64,000 bases of DNA from Desulfobacterales bacterium (GTDB lineage: Bacteria; Desulfobacterota; Desulfobacteria; Desulfobacterales; UBA5852). Positions 1 through 11,026 of this stretch are shown here, piece by piece. The number at the start of each line of letters is the position of its first letter. Position 1 is the stretch's first letter. The notes under the pieces are model-generated. The model searched no databases. It had not been told where the DNA came from and worked only from the letters and a program-made list of their open reading frames with translations. Made by a program: the position numbers and the translations under genes. The stretch lies in the NCBI GenBank assembly GCA_963674755.2, contig CAXXVS010000001.1, positions 384,001 to 448,000 on the forward strand. The letters run 5' to 3'.

Positions 1-201
1 GCCGCCTGTGGGGTTGGAGCGATGGTTGGATGCTATACATTACACAAAGGATGGACCGGTTTCAAGCATTTCATGTTAGCTGACGGTAAGATTTTCATGA
101 GGTATTTTTCGGTGGATCGGGCGTTGTCCGTGCATAGGGCGCGGGGGCATCGATCCCCATCGATCCAGGCCGTGGCGGAGAATGTAAGCGGCGCCCTGGT
201 A

Positions 202-279
202 CTAGGTCGTCAGCTCCCGGGCCAGGGGGGCTCCCGCCGGCAGGGAGCGGCTTTTAGGCCGGCTGTTTTTGCAGGACAT
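202..279 (-). pseudogene. 5' remnant of the InaA-type kinase gene
   Basis: Reads MSCKNSRPKSRSL... versus MSCKKSRPKGHSL... at the start of 15208..16080; similarity is lost after ~13 codons and TAG follows at 202-204. Confidence 0.7.
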
Positions 280-911
280 AGAGTCTCCACATGGCGTAGC
301 ATTTGAGGAAATCGAAGTGCCCGAGGATGGTGAAGCCGGCCTGCTCGAATTCGGGTTCGATCCGGCGGCGCTCCAGAACGATGCGGTTTTGATAGGTCTT
401 CCGGGTGCGGCGGGCTTCCAGCTTGCGCCGCCGCCAAGCCTTGTAGTTGCCGTCCACCCAGAGGGAGAGGGCCACGGTGTGGCGGGTGACCCGATGGAAT
501 TCCCTTAAAATGGCCAGGCGGTCTTCCGAACGGGTGATGTGGTGCAGCAGGCGCATGCAGAACACGTGGTCCACGCGGTTGTCCTCCAGCTGGATATCGA
601 AGGCGGAGCTCTGGAACAGGGTGATGCGTTCGAGCAGGGAAGGCGGGGTGACTTCCCGGGCGACGTCCAGCATGGCGTCACTGTTGTCGGCGGCCAGGAT
701 GGTCTGTTGGGTGGCATGGCTCAGCAGGGGCCAGAAGCGTCCCGTACCGCAAGGCAGGTCCAGGATCACGGCGGGCTTTCCGGCCAGGGCCAGGGCGTGG
801 GCGGCCATCTGCTGCTCGCGCCAGTTGGAAAGCCGGCGGCCTATGGTGCGGCGGTGCTTTTCGTGGTAGTCGCGCGAGTGCTTCAGGGTGTATTTGGCGG
901 AAAATTCCAGC
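241..911. repeat. ~670-bp direct repeat, copy 1 (partner 16042..16712)
   Basis: Nearly base-for-base identical at an offset of 15801. Confidence 0.95.
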
Positions 912-925
912 GTATAAGTACCCAT
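254..925 (-). CDS. Class I SAM-dependent methyltransferase (WarA-like, InaA-associated), copy 1
   Basis: LDLPCGTGR SAM-binding motif I and 'CMRLLHH' motif; near-identical to 16055..16726. Confidence 0.85.
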   Translation of the reverse strand: MGTYTLEFSAKYTLKHSRDYHEKHRRTIGRRLSNWREQQMAAHALALAGKPAVILDLPCGTGRFWPLLSHATQQTILAADNSDAMLDVAREVTPPSLLERITLFQSSAFDIQLEDNRVDHVFCMRLLHHITRSEDRLAILREFHRVTRHTVALSLWVDGNYKAWRRRKLEARRTRKTYQNRIVLERRRIEPEFEQAGFTILGHFDFLKCYAMWRLYVLQKQPA

Positions 926-957
926 CGGATTTCCCTATATCCGTCTTCTGGTTTTTT

Positions 958-1356
958 TCAGTACCGGCTGTTCGCGAAAAGCAATAACAGGACAGTATAG
1001 AGGTTGCGGCGATGTGTCTTGGGAGACATTCTCTCCGCAGGAGGGCGTTGTGATTGGCCGCCGATGCGGGCCGTCGGGTGACGCATGGCAAGATGGCCTG
1101 ACGTCCCGGGCCGGTTCACGACAAGGGCATGGCCGCCGGCGGGGCCTGCCGGCGCACCTGGCAGGTTGGCCTTTCCCCGGGGTGGGGTTGACGCTTGGGG
1201 ACCGCCGGTAACGGTGAATGGATGCTTATCCGACAAGCCATGACGGAACGCATTGGCATGGGGTAGATATAGGGTGCCTAGAAGCAACGCCGTCAGCAGC
1301 ACAATTCCCACGCCGACCGTTAAGCCGATATTGCGGCCGTTCTCTCCCTCTTGCAT
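958..1356 (-). CDS. Small membrane-anchored hypothetical protein
   Basis: N-terminal hydrophobic helix (IGLTVGVGIVLLTALLLGTLYL) and AG-rich RBS; C-terminal half is low quality. Confidence 0.4.
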   Translation of the reverse strand: MQEGENGRNIGLTVGVGIVLLTALLLGTLYLPHANAFRHGLSDKHPFTVTGGPQASTPPRGKANLPGAPAGPAGGHALVVNRPGTSGHLAMRHPTARIGGQSQRPPAERMSPKTHRRNLYTVLLLLFANSRY

Positions 1357-1493
1357 AACCTTCTTTTCTCTCTGGCACTCTAATGCCGGTCCCGTCCCGG
1401 GAACATCGGCAGAGGGCGTTATGGTCCTGTTACCGTCGCGCTCGTTTAGGGGGCAGCCTACGCCAGAGGATATTACCGTCTCATGGCGGTAAC

Positions 1494-1509
1494 ATTACCG
1501 ATGGGTCAT
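1494..1509. promoter_or_regulatory. Possible CusR/CopR-type operator (ATTAC-N6-GTCAT)
   Basis: Imperfect palindrome ATTACCGATGGGTCAT resembling the ATGAC-N6-GTCAT box, next to a CusR-family two-component pair. Confidence 0.35.
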
Positions 1510-1585
1510 CCTGGCGGTCTTTGCCTGGGGAGGCATGCCGTTCCGGCATGAACGGGGTGTCGGGAAGGAGTTGGCGCGCGGGACG

Positions 1586-3001
1586 TCAGGCGTTGCGTAC
1601 CCGGGGGAGGCTGACCGTGACCAGGGTGCCTCTTCCGTACTGACTGGAAACCTGAATATTGCCGCCCAGGTCCTGAACCACGGCTTTCACCAGGCTCAAC
1701 CCCAGGCCCGTACCGCTTTGCGGACGACTTTTGTCGCAACGGTAGAAGCGGTCGAAGATGCGCGGCAGGTTTTCATCGGAGATGCCGATGCCGTTGTCTT
1801 CGAATACGAGGACCGCTTCATTGCGGTGGGCCTTGAGGGCAACGGAAACGCGGCCGCCCTCGGCGGTGTATTTCAGGGCGTTGTCCAGGAGATTGGCGAT
1901 CATGCGCTGCAAAGTGGCGGGTTCGCCCCTGACGCGGCAGGGCGCGCTGTGCGGCTGCACCGACAAGGCGATGTGCTTGTCTTCCGCAATGGGCTGGAAC
2001 AGGTCGCAGGCTTCCTCGAGAAGGGGCATGAGGTCGACATCCTCCATCCGGACCTCCCGGATGCCGGATTCGATTTCGGAGATGAACAGCATGGTTTCCA
2101 GCAGGCCCAGCAGGCGGTCGCATTCGTTGATGGTCGTGGCCATGACGGCCGGGTATTCTTCCGGATCCCGGGCGGTTTGCAGGGCAAGTTCGGCGGCCGT
2201 GCGGATGCGGGTGATAGGGCTGCGCAGGTCGTGGGCGATATTGTCCGTCACCTCCTGCATGCTGGTGATCAGGGCCTGAATGCGGTCGAGCATGGTATTG
2301 AAGGCCACCGCCAGGGTGGCGACCTCGCCCTTCAGCTTGAGGGGGGGAACCCGGGTGCCGAACTGTCCTTCCGTGATAATGTGGGCCGCCTTGGTAATCT
2401 CGTTGATGCCGGCCGTGGCCCGCCAGGAAATCAGTCCGCCGCAGACCAGGCCCACCAGGATCGCACCGCCGCCGAATCCCGAAAGGATATCCTTTAAATC
2501 ACGCAGAAAATGTTCTTCTGCTTTCAGCGAGTGGCCAATCTGCATGAGGTAGCCCCGGCCCAGGCGACCGGCCAAAATCCGGCTGTGATGCCGGTGCCCC
2601 TCGATAAGGATGGTCTCGATCCGAAAGGGCGCTCCGTCGGGCAGGCCTTCTGCGGGAGCCTCGGGCGCCGCCAGGCCGCGCCAGCCCAATAGATTGGAGT
2701 GCGCCACCATCTGTCCATCGGGGGCGAAGAGCCTGAAAAAGACGTGCTGGATGCCTTCGGATTCGGATTCCAGGACGGCTTCGCGCTGAATGGCCGGGAT
2801 GCCGCCTTCCTGGAAAAGCGCATGGAACTCGCGGTATTCGGTGAGAAGGGTTTCATTGATGCGGTTTTCGAAATAGGTCCGGACCGTCGAATACAAGACG
2901 AACAGGGCACTCAGGAGGGTCAGGGTGAGAACGCCGGTATACCACAGGGTCAGCTTGACCTTGAGGTCGTGGCGCAGCCGGTTAAGGCGCCTTAAGAACA
3001 T
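1586..3001 (-). CDS. Sensor histidine kinase (heavy-metal CusS/ColS-like; TM-HAMP-HisKA-HATPase)
   Basis: H-box AHDLRSP, N-box NLLDNALKY, DNGIG, GTGLGL; two TM segments. Confidence 0.93.
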   Translation of the reverse strand: MFLRRLNRLRHDLKVKLTLWYTGVLTLTLLSALFVLYSTVRTYFENRINETLLTEYREFHALFQEGGIPAIQREAVLESESEGIQHVFFRLFAPDGQMVAHSNLLGWRGLAAPEAPAEGLPDGAPFRIETILIEGHRHHSRILAGRLGRGYLMQIGHSLKAEEHFLRDLKDILSGFGGGAILVGLVCGGLISWRATAGINEITKAAHIITEGQFGTRVPPLKLKGEVATLAVAFNTMLDRIQALITSMQEVTDNIAHDLRSPITRIRTAAELALQTARDPEEYPAVMATTINECDRLLGLLETMLFISEIESGIREVRMEDVDLMPLLEEACDLFQPIAEDKHIALSVQPHSAPCRVRGEPATLQRMIANLLDNALKYTAEGGRVSVALKAHRNEAVLVFEDNGIGISDENLPRIFDRFYRCDKSRPQSGTGLGLSLVKAVVQDLGGNIQVSSQYGRGTLVTVSLPRVRNA

Positions 3002-3656
3002 AGCCCGCCCCGCGGATGGTCCGGATCAATTTGGGGTCATAGCCCTTGTCGATCTTGTCGCGCAGACGACAGATGCGCGCTTCGACCACATTGGTCTCCG
3101 GGTCGAAATTGTAGTTCCATACATGCTCGATGATCATGGTTTTGGTCACCACCCGGCCTTTGTTGCGCATGAGGTATTCGAGCAGGGCGTATTCCTTGGG
3201 CTGCAGTTCGATGGTGTCGGTGCCGCGGGTGACCGCGCGGGTCAGGAGGTCGATTTGCAGGTCGGCGGCGGTCAGGGTCGTGGGTTCGGCGGTGCCGGTC
3301 GACCGCCGGATGAGCGCATGCAGGCGGGCCACCAGCTCGGAGAAGGCAAAGGGTTTGGTGAGGTAATCGTCCCCGCCGCTTTGCAGGCCCCTGATGCGAT
3401 CATCGAGGGAGCGCTTGGCGCTGAGGATGATCACCGGGGTCGTAGCGCCCCTTGCGCGCATGCGCGCGAGAACGGTGAGGCCGTCTATCCTGGGCAGCAT
3501 GATGTCCAGGATCGCGGCATCGTAGGGCTCGCTCAGCACCATATGCAGCCCGTCCTCGCCATTGATGGCATGGTCAACCGCAAAGCCCTCTTCCCGCAGG
3601 CCCTTTTCAATGAAATGAGCGATCGTGTTGTCATCTTCGACAATGAGAATTCGCAT
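2982..3656 (-). CDS. OmpR-family response regulator (CusR/CopR/ColR-like)
   Basis: ILIVEDD...DIMLP...KPF receiver domain; WNYNFDPETNVVE...IRTIRGAGY winged helix; overlaps the kinase start. Confidence 0.95.
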   Translation of the reverse strand: MRILIVEDDNTIAHFIEKGLREEGFAVDHAINGEDGLHMVLSEPYDAAILDIMLPRIDGLTVLARMRARGATTPVIILSAKRSLDDRIRGLQSGGDDYLTKPFAFSELVARLHALIRRSTGTAEPTTLTAADLQIDLLTRAVTRGTDTIELQPKEYALLEYLMRNKGRVVTKTMIIEHVWNYNFDPETNVVEARICRLRDKIDKGYDPKLIRTIRGAGYVLKAP

Positions 3657-3712
3657 TTTCGAATCTCCCGCACACCCTCATCTTTGCACGAGACCCATCG
3701 ACGGGGGATGGG

Positions 3713-3847
3713 TGTGTCCCGGCCGCGGCAGGAATACCGGTGGAACGGGACGGCATCATCATGGAAGACGATGCTTCCGGCCAGCATGCGGCGGAAGTAT
3801 TACGCTGTCCGCGTAATGCGCTATACGCCGATGGTGAGGAGCCCCGT
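3713..3847. repeat. Degenerate copy of the SMR flippase 3' end and downstream spacer (partner ~5960..6100)
   Basis: Shared block CATGCGGCGGAAGTATTACGCTGTCCGCGTAATG and similar flanks. Confidence 0.85.
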
Positions 3848-5653
3848 CTATTTGCCTTCCGGCGGTCCGAACCGGGCTAGCCAACGATCCCTGTTAAGCT
3901 GTTCTACCTGAAGCGTTTTCGCCGCCGGCATATCGTTGCCGATATGGATGCCGGGCCGCTTGGAAGCATAGACCACCGAGCGATACGTAGGGTCTTTGCC
4001 CTCCAGGATCAGTGCTACTTGGCGACGTCCGTTCGCCAGTTCTGTTTCCCGGTCGCCCCCCATGGTATGGGCATCCAGGCGATCAATGGACCAATCGGCA
4101 TAATAATAGAAGATCGCGCGCATGGTCTCATTGAGCCCGAAAGACGCAACGCTGCTGCGTTCCGCGACAGGAATTGCGTCCACGAAGGCCAGCAGTCCGT
4201 CACGCATACTTTTCTCGCGATCCAAGGCGGGCTGCGCCAACAAACAGACCCCCCCCAGGAAAAGCGCCGTCGCGAAAATCATGGCGGTCGGCCGAAATTC
4301 CCTGCCGCGGGTCGCAAAATGAATACCGAGAAGTATGGCGCCAAGCAGCAGGGCGACCATATGCAAGCTGCCGAAAGTCAGCAGCACAGCACCCGAACGC
4401 GGTGGGATAATATCCGCGAAGGCCGGGACCAGTTTTCCCAGCAACGGCAGACCACCTAAAACCAACAATACAACAGCCATCAGGATCTGCCAGGCCCGCG
4501 TATAAACAGGCAGCCATTTGTCTTTGTAATTGATCAACTGATCCGCAACAATCAGTGCAAAGACCGGCATCATCGGCCAGATGTAAATCGAGCGTTTCGT
4601 TGCCGAACTGGTCAATATGGCAAGGCCGACCACTGACCAGCCGGACAGGAATATTTCCAGAGGGCTCAGCGGCTGTCGTTTAAACCATTTTTTCAGTTTA
4701 TCCCAAAACCAGGGAATCAGCAGTGGCGTCCACGGTAAACTGTATAAAAGCAGCGTCGTGACGTAATAAAGTGGATTTCTACGAATATGGGACAGGTTTT
4801 GGGCCGTTCCCGTCAGCCGGCCGACCTGATTGTCCCAAAACCATTCCTGCCAGATGCCCTTGCCGCTGGCATGGATCAAATAGACCCAGGGCGCCACCAA
4901 GGCCAGCAAAACGACAACGGCCAGCAGATGCGGCACAATCCCGACGGACAGGAACCTTCTCCCAACCCCTTTGAGTCGGATCCCCAGCCCCTGTTCCCCG
5001 CCGAGAAACAGGGTTTGCATAAACATGACGATCCAGGCGGCGGCGATCATGATCAATCCGATCGGTCCCTTGGAAAGAAACGCGCCGGCCGCGAAAATTC
5101 CCGCCAAAACCGCAGCCCAACGCCGCTGCTTAAAATAGACTTCCACCAGTGCCCAAATGGCCGCGATCACGAAAAAAGACAGGGCCGCATCCACCCGGAT
5201 CCAATGGGCATTCTCAAAGAAACCCTCCATCGTCGCCATCACACCCAAGGCTAGCCAGGCCTTGCCGGGCGCCAATAACCGCCGGCCCAACAGATAGGTC
5301 ATCAACAAAATCCCCAGCGCCCAAAACGTCGTCGAGAGCCGAATCGCCCCGGTATCCCCAAAAACCGGGCCGAACACCTTAATGAACCATCCGGCCACCG
5401 CAAAATACAGCGGTGGTTTCTCAACAAACGGCTGGGAGGCCAACATCGGCACCACAAGATTGTGCGAACGGCTCATCGCCAAAGACACCGCCGCGACACG
5501 TGGCTCATCCGGCGTCCACAAGTCATGATTCACAATGCCCACGAAACAGAGCAGCAGACATGTCAGCACGACGACACGGACGCTGTATTTGGCACCCCCC
5601 TGATTTGGATTTTCTTTACGGTTTTGCATCGCTTTCTTTCCGTTGAGATTCAT
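3848..5653 (-). CDS. ArnT/PMT-family (GT83-like) glycosyltransferase, second copy
   Basis: WTPDEPR and EKPPLY motifs, multiple TM helices, KGPIG motif; start could be 5629. Confidence 0.85.
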   Translation of the reverse strand: MNLNGKKAMQNRKENPNQGGAKYSVRVVVLTCLLLCFVGIVNHDLWTPDEPRVAAVSLAMSRSHNLVVPMLASQPFVEKPPLYFAVAGWFIKVFGPVFGDTGAIRLSTTFWALGILLMTYLLGRRLLAPGKAWLALGVMATMEGFFENAHWIRVDAALSFFVIAAIWALVEVYFKQRRWAAVLAGIFAAGAFLSKGPIGLIMIAAAWIVMFMQTLFLGGEQGLGIRLKGVGRRFLSVGIVPHLLAVVVLLALVAPWVYLIHASGKGIWQEWFWDNQVGRLTGTAQNLSHIRRNPLYYVTTLLLYSLPWTPLLIPWFWDKLKKWFKRQPLSPLEIFLSGWSVVGLAILTSSATKRSIYIWPMMPVFALIVADQLINYKDKWLPVYTRAWQILMAVVLLVLGGLPLLGKLVPAFADIIPPRSGAVLLTFGSLHMVALLLGAILLGIHFATRGREFRPTAMIFATALFLGGVCLLAQPALDREKSMRDGLLAFVDAIPVAERSSVASFGLNETMRAIFYYYADWSIDRLDAHTMGGDRETELANGRRQVALILEGKDPTYRSVVYASKRPGIHIGNDMPAAKTLQVEQLNRDRWLARFGPPEGK

Positions 5654-6045
5654 AGCGACCGACGAATCATTTGTATTAAAGCAGGTGTATTAAAGCAGGC
5701 CAAGATGAAGATTTGATGATGATGGCGTTGCGGGTCAAAATTTTCAGTTCTCTTCCGAAGGGCGTCGGGGAAAAGGAGCCGGCCCCTGGCTGCCAAGATG
5801 TCGATCCGCCCGCGGGGATTCAACGGTTCAAGTCTGAGAGGGGCAAGCATTCATCCCGGGGTTCGCGCCTTCTCCGCCGGGGGGGCGCAGTTCCCGTGGA
5901 CCCCTGGCGCTACCGCCACCGTGTGGCGCGTCACGCGAAGAAATGCCCTGGGAACGATCGTGCCCCGGCCGCGGGAGACATCGCGCTGGAATGGGGCGGC
6001 AGCCTCATGGAAGACGACGCTTCCGGTCACCATGCGGCGGAAGTA

Positions 6046-6417
6046 TTACGCTGTCCGCGTAATGAGATAGACGCCGAAGCAGATGGTGACGATCCCCATC
6101 CAGCGGACCAGATCCACCGGTTCCCCGAAGAAGGCCTTCCCGGCCAGCGCGGCGACGATGTAGCCGATGCTCAGCATGGGGTAGGCATAGCTGACATCCA
6201 CCCGGGACAGGACCAGGAGCCACACGACGACACTGACGACGTAGCAGCCCAGCCCGAGCAGGACGAACGGGTTCATCCCCACTCTAAGACCGATGGGCAC
6301 GATGTTCTCCAGGGAAAACGTAAATGTCCCGATCGAGCGCATGCCGCTTTTGAGCGCAATTTGGGCGGCGGCGTTCAGCAGTACACCGGTGAGAATCAAC
6401 GGCAGATATTTATTCAT
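6046..6417 (-). CDS. SMR/EamA-type undecaprenyl-phosphate-L-Ara4N flippase subunit (ArnE/ArnF-like)
   Basis: 123 aa with four TM helices, 'LSRVDVSYAYPMLSIGY' motif; directly after arnT. Confidence 0.8.
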   Translation of the reverse strand: MNKYLPLILTGVLLNAAAQIALKSGMRSIGTFTFSLENIVPIGLRVGMNPFVLLGLGCYVVSVVVWLLVLSRVDVSYAYPMLSIGYIVAALAGKAFFGEPVDLVRWMGIVTICFGVYLITRTA

Positions 6418-6439
6418 GTCGCGGGCACCTCTCTGAGAG

Positions 6440-8089
6440 CTAATATTGAGCAAAGACAAAACCGCCCGGACCGGTATGATCCTCGTAGATCGGCGGCGGC
6501 AGATGCACTTTCCAAAGCTGGTATTTTTCATATGTGCCGACCAGGACGACCTTCCCCTTGTGGGCGTTCATGAGCGCCCTGAGTTGCTTCAGGCCCAACA
6601 CGCGCCGGCGCGCTTCAGGATAGCTTAGTCCGTAGGCCAATTCACCGCTCTGCGTTACAAAGATATTGTCGCGCTTGTAATACCAGCAGGCGGCCTTTAC
6701 GATATGGCTCAGTGATACCAATTGGGTGTCCGGCTGAACCCGGGAGGCATTCCGCAGCAATAATGCGCCCGGCGATTTGTGATCGATGATTTTATCCGGC
6801 AGGCTCAATTGGGCGGCCGCCAATAAAAAGGCCGTTCCGAGGCCGATCAGCAGCACCTTGTCCAGAAGTTGTTTTTTAACCAGCGATGTTATCAAAGCGC
6901 CGACGAGCACTATCAATATGGCCGCTAGCCATAACGTTTTCCACCACGTCTTGTTAGGGGCGAGGCCTCCGATGTCGGTCGCCTGGATGACGACGAGCCC
7001 CACGAGCAGGACCGTGAAAAGGCCTGCCAGGAGCACCTCGCCCGCCTGAAAAAGCTTGCGATGCGGTTTTTCGAAGTAGGAGGCCAGGCCTAAGGTCAGC
7101 AATATGGCAAACGGCGGGAAGCACGGCAGGATATAGGTGATCAGCTTGCCTCGCGCGGCGGAAAAGAAAAGCAGGGGGAAGACAAACCAGCAGAGGGCGT
7201 AACGGAAAAGCGTCGACCGCCGTTGTGAACGGTCCAGACCCACAAGCGCGGCCGGCAGCATAGGGCTCCAGGGAAGCGCTGCAACGGGGAAGGCCAGAAG
7301 GTAGGTCCAGAAAGGCGCCTGGTGCTGGGCATCCTCAGCCAGGAAGCGCCTGACATGCTCTTCCCAGAAAAAATAGTTCCAGAAATCGGGCTCTCTCGCA
7401 TGGATGGCGACGGCCCAGGGCAGGGATACGAGCAACGCGGCGGCAATGGGGATGGCGGCCATACGAAACAGGTCCTTCCAGCGTCCGGACCAGAGCATGT
7501 AGGGCACGATGGTCACCACCGGCACGGCGAAGGCCAGAAAACCCTTGGTCATAAACGCCATGCCGCAGAACATGCCGAACAGCGCCAGCAGGCCCTTTTC
7601 CTTGCGGGTTCCGGGGGGGGCCTGCGAAGCCCAATAAAAGGTCGCCATGGCCATGGTGATAAACATGGCCAGCATGCTGTCCAGCACGTTGAACACCCCG
7701 ATGCCCGCCACTTCGAAGGTGGTCAGGAAAATCAGGGCGGCCATGACGCCGCTGTTCGGGTTTCCGGCGGAACGCCGTATCAGCAACCACACCATCAAGG
7801 CGGCAAGCCCGGCCGCCATGGCGGACGGGAACCGGGCGGCGAACGGATTCTCACCAAAGGCAAGCATGGCGAGTGCATCGAGCCAGTACCCCATGACCGG
7901 CTTTTCAAAATAGCGCAGACCGTTCAAATGGGGGACGATCCAGTCGCCGGTGGCGATCATCTCGCGGGGAATTTCGGCATAACGCGTCTCATCCGGTATG
8001 ATCAGCGGACGGAATCCGAGGGGAATGATATAGATCAGCAGAAACCCCATCAATACCAGGGCGTGCAGGCGTCCGGAACGGGAAACCAT
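6440..8089 (-). CDS. arnT: Lipid A L-Ara4N transferase
   Basis: PDETRYAEIPREM and YFEKP motifs; TAATG coupling to the arnD stop. Confidence 0.92.
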   Translation of the reverse strand: MVSRSGRLHALVLMGFLLIYIIPLGFRPLIIPDETRYAEIPREMIATGDWIVPHLNGLRYFEKPVMGYWLDALAMLAFGENPFAARFPSAMAAGLAALMVWLLIRRSAGNPNSGVMAALIFLTTFEVAGIGVFNVLDSMLAMFITMAMATFYWASQAPPGTRKEKGLLALFGMFCGMAFMTKGFLAFAVPVVTIVPYMLWSGRWKDLFRMAAIPIAAALLVSLPWAVAIHAREPDFWNYFFWEEHVRRFLAEDAQHQAPFWTYLLAFPVAALPWSPMLPAALVGLDRSQRRSTLFRYALCWFVFPLLFFSAARGKLITYILPCFPPFAILLTLGLASYFEKPHRKLFQAGEVLLAGLFTVLLVGLVVIQATDIGGLAPNKTWWKTLWLAAILIVLVGALITSLVKKQLLDKVLLIGLGTAFLLAAAQLSLPDKIIDHKSPGALLLRNASRVQPDTQLVSLSHIVKAACWYYKRDNIFVTQSGELAYGLSYPEARRRVLGLKQLRALMNAHKGKVVLVGTYEKYQLWKVHLPPPIYEDHTGPGGFVFAQY

Positions 8090-8979
8090 TATGCCGGCAC
8101 CTCGTTTTGGCAGGCGACCCAGCCCTCCCGTCCGACGATTTCCGACCGTTCCAGATGCCCGGGGCCGATGGGTTCCGTTTCCAGAAAAGTGCACAGGGGG
8201 ACGCAGGCGATGCCGCGGGCCGTTGCGGCCTTGATGAAATCGGAAAACATGCCGTAGCAGACCCCCCCCTCCACTTCGGCATGGATGGTGAGCACGTTGA
8301 GCCGCTCCGGATGGATCAGGGAGAGCAGATGGGCATTGAAATTGTCATTGGAAACCCCCTGCCGGCCGATGATTTCGTCATACGTCGGAAGCGTCACAGG
8401 AACCTGGGGCTGCGGCAGGATGCGGCCGTTCACTTCGGGCGAAAACAGGCTCCGGCCGCGGCAATCGCTGTTGTAGACAAAGGGGAAGCGCGCTTTTTCC
8501 TCCAGGACGACGGGCGTACACTTCCAGCCGGCAACCGCCGAACAGGTGGGGGGATGGCCGGTAATGTCGGTGAGCCGTTCGTACCCCCGCTGGAGGGTCA
8601 TCCGGATGGCGCGGCGGTCCATGGTGTCGAGGCGGGCCTGCCAGGCCTGGTGGTCCCAGGCGTGCAGGCCGATCTCATGGCCGTCGTCCCGGGCCGAGCG
8701 GATCATGGCCGCCCCCTTGCGGCCGATGTCCGGTCCGGGCCAGAACGTGCCCCGCAGCAGGATGTCCCACCCGTAAAGGCTGGCCGCCCGTGTGCGCATC
8801 ATTTTTATCAGAAAGGCCGGGCGCAGCAGGCGCCAGATATGGCGCCCCATGTTGTCGGGGCCGACTGAGAAAAAGAAGCTCGCCTGGATGCCGTGGCGCC
8901 GGAACAACCGGCACAGCGCCGGCACCCCCTGTTGCGTGCCGGTCAACGTGTCCACATCCACCCGCAATCCGAGCATCAT
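8089..8979 (-). CDS. arnD: Undecaprenyl-phosphate-L-Ara4FN deformylase
   Basis: LRVDVDT, SVGPDNMGRH, HAWDH and TIHAEVEG motifs; operon position. Confidence 0.93.
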   Translation of the reverse strand: MMLGLRVDVDTLTGTQQGVPALCRLFRRHGIQASFFFSVGPDNMGRHIWRLLRPAFLIKMMRTRAASLYGWDILLRGTFWPGPDIGRKGAAMIRSARDDGHEIGLHAWDHQAWQARLDTMDRRAIRMTLQRGYERLTDITGHPPTCSAVAGWKCTPVVLEEKARFPFVYNSDCRGRSLFSPEVNGRILPQPQVPVTLPTYDEIIGRQGVSNDNFNAHLLSLIHPERLNVLTIHAEVEGGVCYGMFSDFIKAATARGIACVPLCTFLETEPIGPGHLERSEIVGREGWVACQNEVPA

Positions 8980-9049
8980 GGCCGAGTTCCATCGCTATGC
9001 GGACCGGGGAGGGGGATACAATCCCGCCGGCCAAGGACATGTCGGCCCA

Positions 9050-11026
9050 TCATGCTGATCCCACGGCCTCCTTGAGGAAGAAATCCAGGGTCTCTTCCAC
9101 GGACTGCTCCAAAGGAATCACCGGCTCCCATTTCAGGCAGCGGCGCGCGTTTGTGATGCTGGGTTTCCGGTGCTGGACGTCCTCGTAGCCGGACCCGTAA
9201 TAGGCGCGGCTCTCCACCTTGCGGATGCCGGCCAGGGGCGGGAAATGGTCTCGCAGGGGATGCTGCTTGAATTTATCGATGAGCAACAGCGCCAGGGCTT
9301 CAATGGAGGCTTCATTTTCCGGGTTGCCGATGTTGAAAATCCGGCCGTTGCAGCGGTTGTCCTGGTTTTCGATGATCCGGAACAGGCATTCGACGCCGTC
9401 CTTGACATCGGTAAAGCAGCGTTGCTGCCGACCGCCGTCCACCAGTTTGATGGGGGTTCCCTCGGCCAGGTTGAGGATCAGCTGCGTGATGGCCCGGGAA
9501 CTGCCGATGCGGGCCGACTCCAGGCTGTCCAGGCGCGGTCCGATCCAGTTGAAAGGCCGGAACAGGGTGAACTGAAGGCCCTGGGTGGCGCCGTAGGCCC
9601 AGATGACCCGGTCCAGCAGCTGTTTGCTGCACGAATAGATCCAGCGCTGCTTACGGATCGGCCCCAGCACCAGCCGGGAATTGTCTTCGTCAAAGTGGTC
9701 GTCCCCACACATGCCGTAGACCTCGGACGTGGAGGGGAAAAGAATGCGTTTGCCGTACTTGGCGCAGTAGCGGACCACCCGCAGGTTCTCTTCGAAATCC
9801 AGTTCGAAAACCCGCAGGGGATTGCGCACATATTCGATGGGCGTGGCGATGGCCACCAGGGGCAGGACAATATCGCATTTGCGAACATGGTACTCGATCC
9901 ACTCCCGGTGAATGGAAATGTCCCCTTCCGAAAAATAAAAATCCGGATGATCCATGAGGCGTTCCAGGGATCCGGCGTTCAGATCCATGCCGTGGACCTC
10001 GTAGCGGCCGCTTTCCAGCAGACGTTCGCTCAGGTGGTTGCCGATGAACCCGTTCACCCCCAGGATCAGCACGCTTTTCTTGCGGGCCTTTTGAATCTGG
10101 ATATCCGGTGCGCTCCCGAAGCGCATCCCCTCCACCAGCCCCAGCTCTTCGGCCAGCTGCAGACCGCTTTGGGTGATGCCGCCGTCGCTTTGGCCCGACA
10201 GCACCTCCACGGCCCCTTCGCCGCAGGCGATCACAAAAGGCGCTACGGAAAGCACCGTGCCCGGGCGTCCGCGACCCCCTCGGGATTCGCGGACGGACCA
10301 CAACAGGCATTTGCGGCTGCCGATGTGGCTGAAGGCTCCGGGATAGGGGCGCGTCACGGCGCGTACCAGGTTTTTGACGGCGGCCGCGGGCTGTTCCCAG
10401 TCGATTTCCCCATCTTCGGGTCGGCGTCCCCCGAAATAGGAGGCCTGCTGTTTGTCCTGGGGTGTCCGGGGCGCTGTTCCGGCGATGATCTGCGGCAGGA
10501 GATCGTCCAGTAAGGCCGTCGCGGCGGCGGCTGCTTTGTGGTGCAGGTGCCGGGCCGTGTCGTCGTCTTCGATCGGGATCCGACGCTGGCCGACGATGTC
10601 GCCGTCATCGGGTTTGGGGGTCATGTAATGCAGGGTCACGCCGGTTTCGGCCTCGCCGTTGACGAGAACCCAGTTGATGGGGCATCGGCCCCGGTAGCGG
10701 GGCAGCAGGGAACCGTGCAGGTTCAGGCAGCCGGCGGGAGGGATGCTCAGAATCGGTGCCTTGACCATGTCCCGATAGTAAAAGGAGAACAGGATATCCG
10801 GCTCCAGGGAGCGGATTTTTTCCTCCCAGAGGGGATGGTTGATGTTGTCCGGCGCAAAGACCGGCAGACCCAAAGCCGAGGCCCGTTCCGCCACCGAGTC
10901 GAACCACTGGGATTCGTTCGGATCGTCGCGGTGGGTGAAAACCGCCGCAATTTCGATACCGCTCTTCAGCAGCGCTTCAATGCCCACGCAGCCGATGTTG
11001 TGATAGGCCAGTACAATCGCTTTCAT
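9050..11026 (-). CDS. arnA: Bifunctional UDP-GlcA decarboxylase / UDP-L-Ara4N formyltransferase
   Basis: [12 protein letters not shown] start, [10 protein letters not shown] formyltransferase motif, GVNGFIG Rossmann motif, RWIYSCSK. Confidence 0.97.
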   Translation of the reverse strand: MKAIVLAYHNIGCVGIEALLKSGIEIAAVFTHRDDPNESQWFDSVAERASALGLPVFAPDNINHPLWEEKIRSLEPDILFSFYYRDMVKAPILSIPPAGCLNLHGSLLPRYRGRCPINWVLVNGEAETGVTLHYMTPKPDDGDIVGQRRIPIEDDDTARHLHHKAAAAATALLDDLLPQIIAGTAPRTPQDKQQASYFGGRRPEDGEIDWEQPAAAVKNLVRAVTRPYPGAFSHIGSRKCLLWSVRESRGGRGRPGTVLSVAPFVIACGEGAVEVLSGQSDGGITQSGLQLAEELGLVEGMRFGSAPDIQIQKARKKSVLILGVNGFIGNHLSERLLESGRYEVHGMDLNAGSLERLMDHPDFYFSEGDISIHREWIEYHVRKCDIVLPLVAIATPIEYVRNPLRVFELDFEENLRVVRYCAKYGKRILFPSTSEVYGMCGDDHFDEDNSRLVLGPIRKQRWIYSCSKQLLDRVIWAYGATQGLQFTLFRPFNWIGPRLDSLESARIGSSRAITQLILNLAEGTPIKLVDGGRQQRCFTDVKDGVECLFRIIENQDNRCNGRIFNIGNPENEASIEALALLLIDKFKQHPLRDHFPPLAGIRKVESRAYYGSGYEDVQHRKPSITNARRCLKWEPVIPLEQSVEETLDFFLKEAVGSA

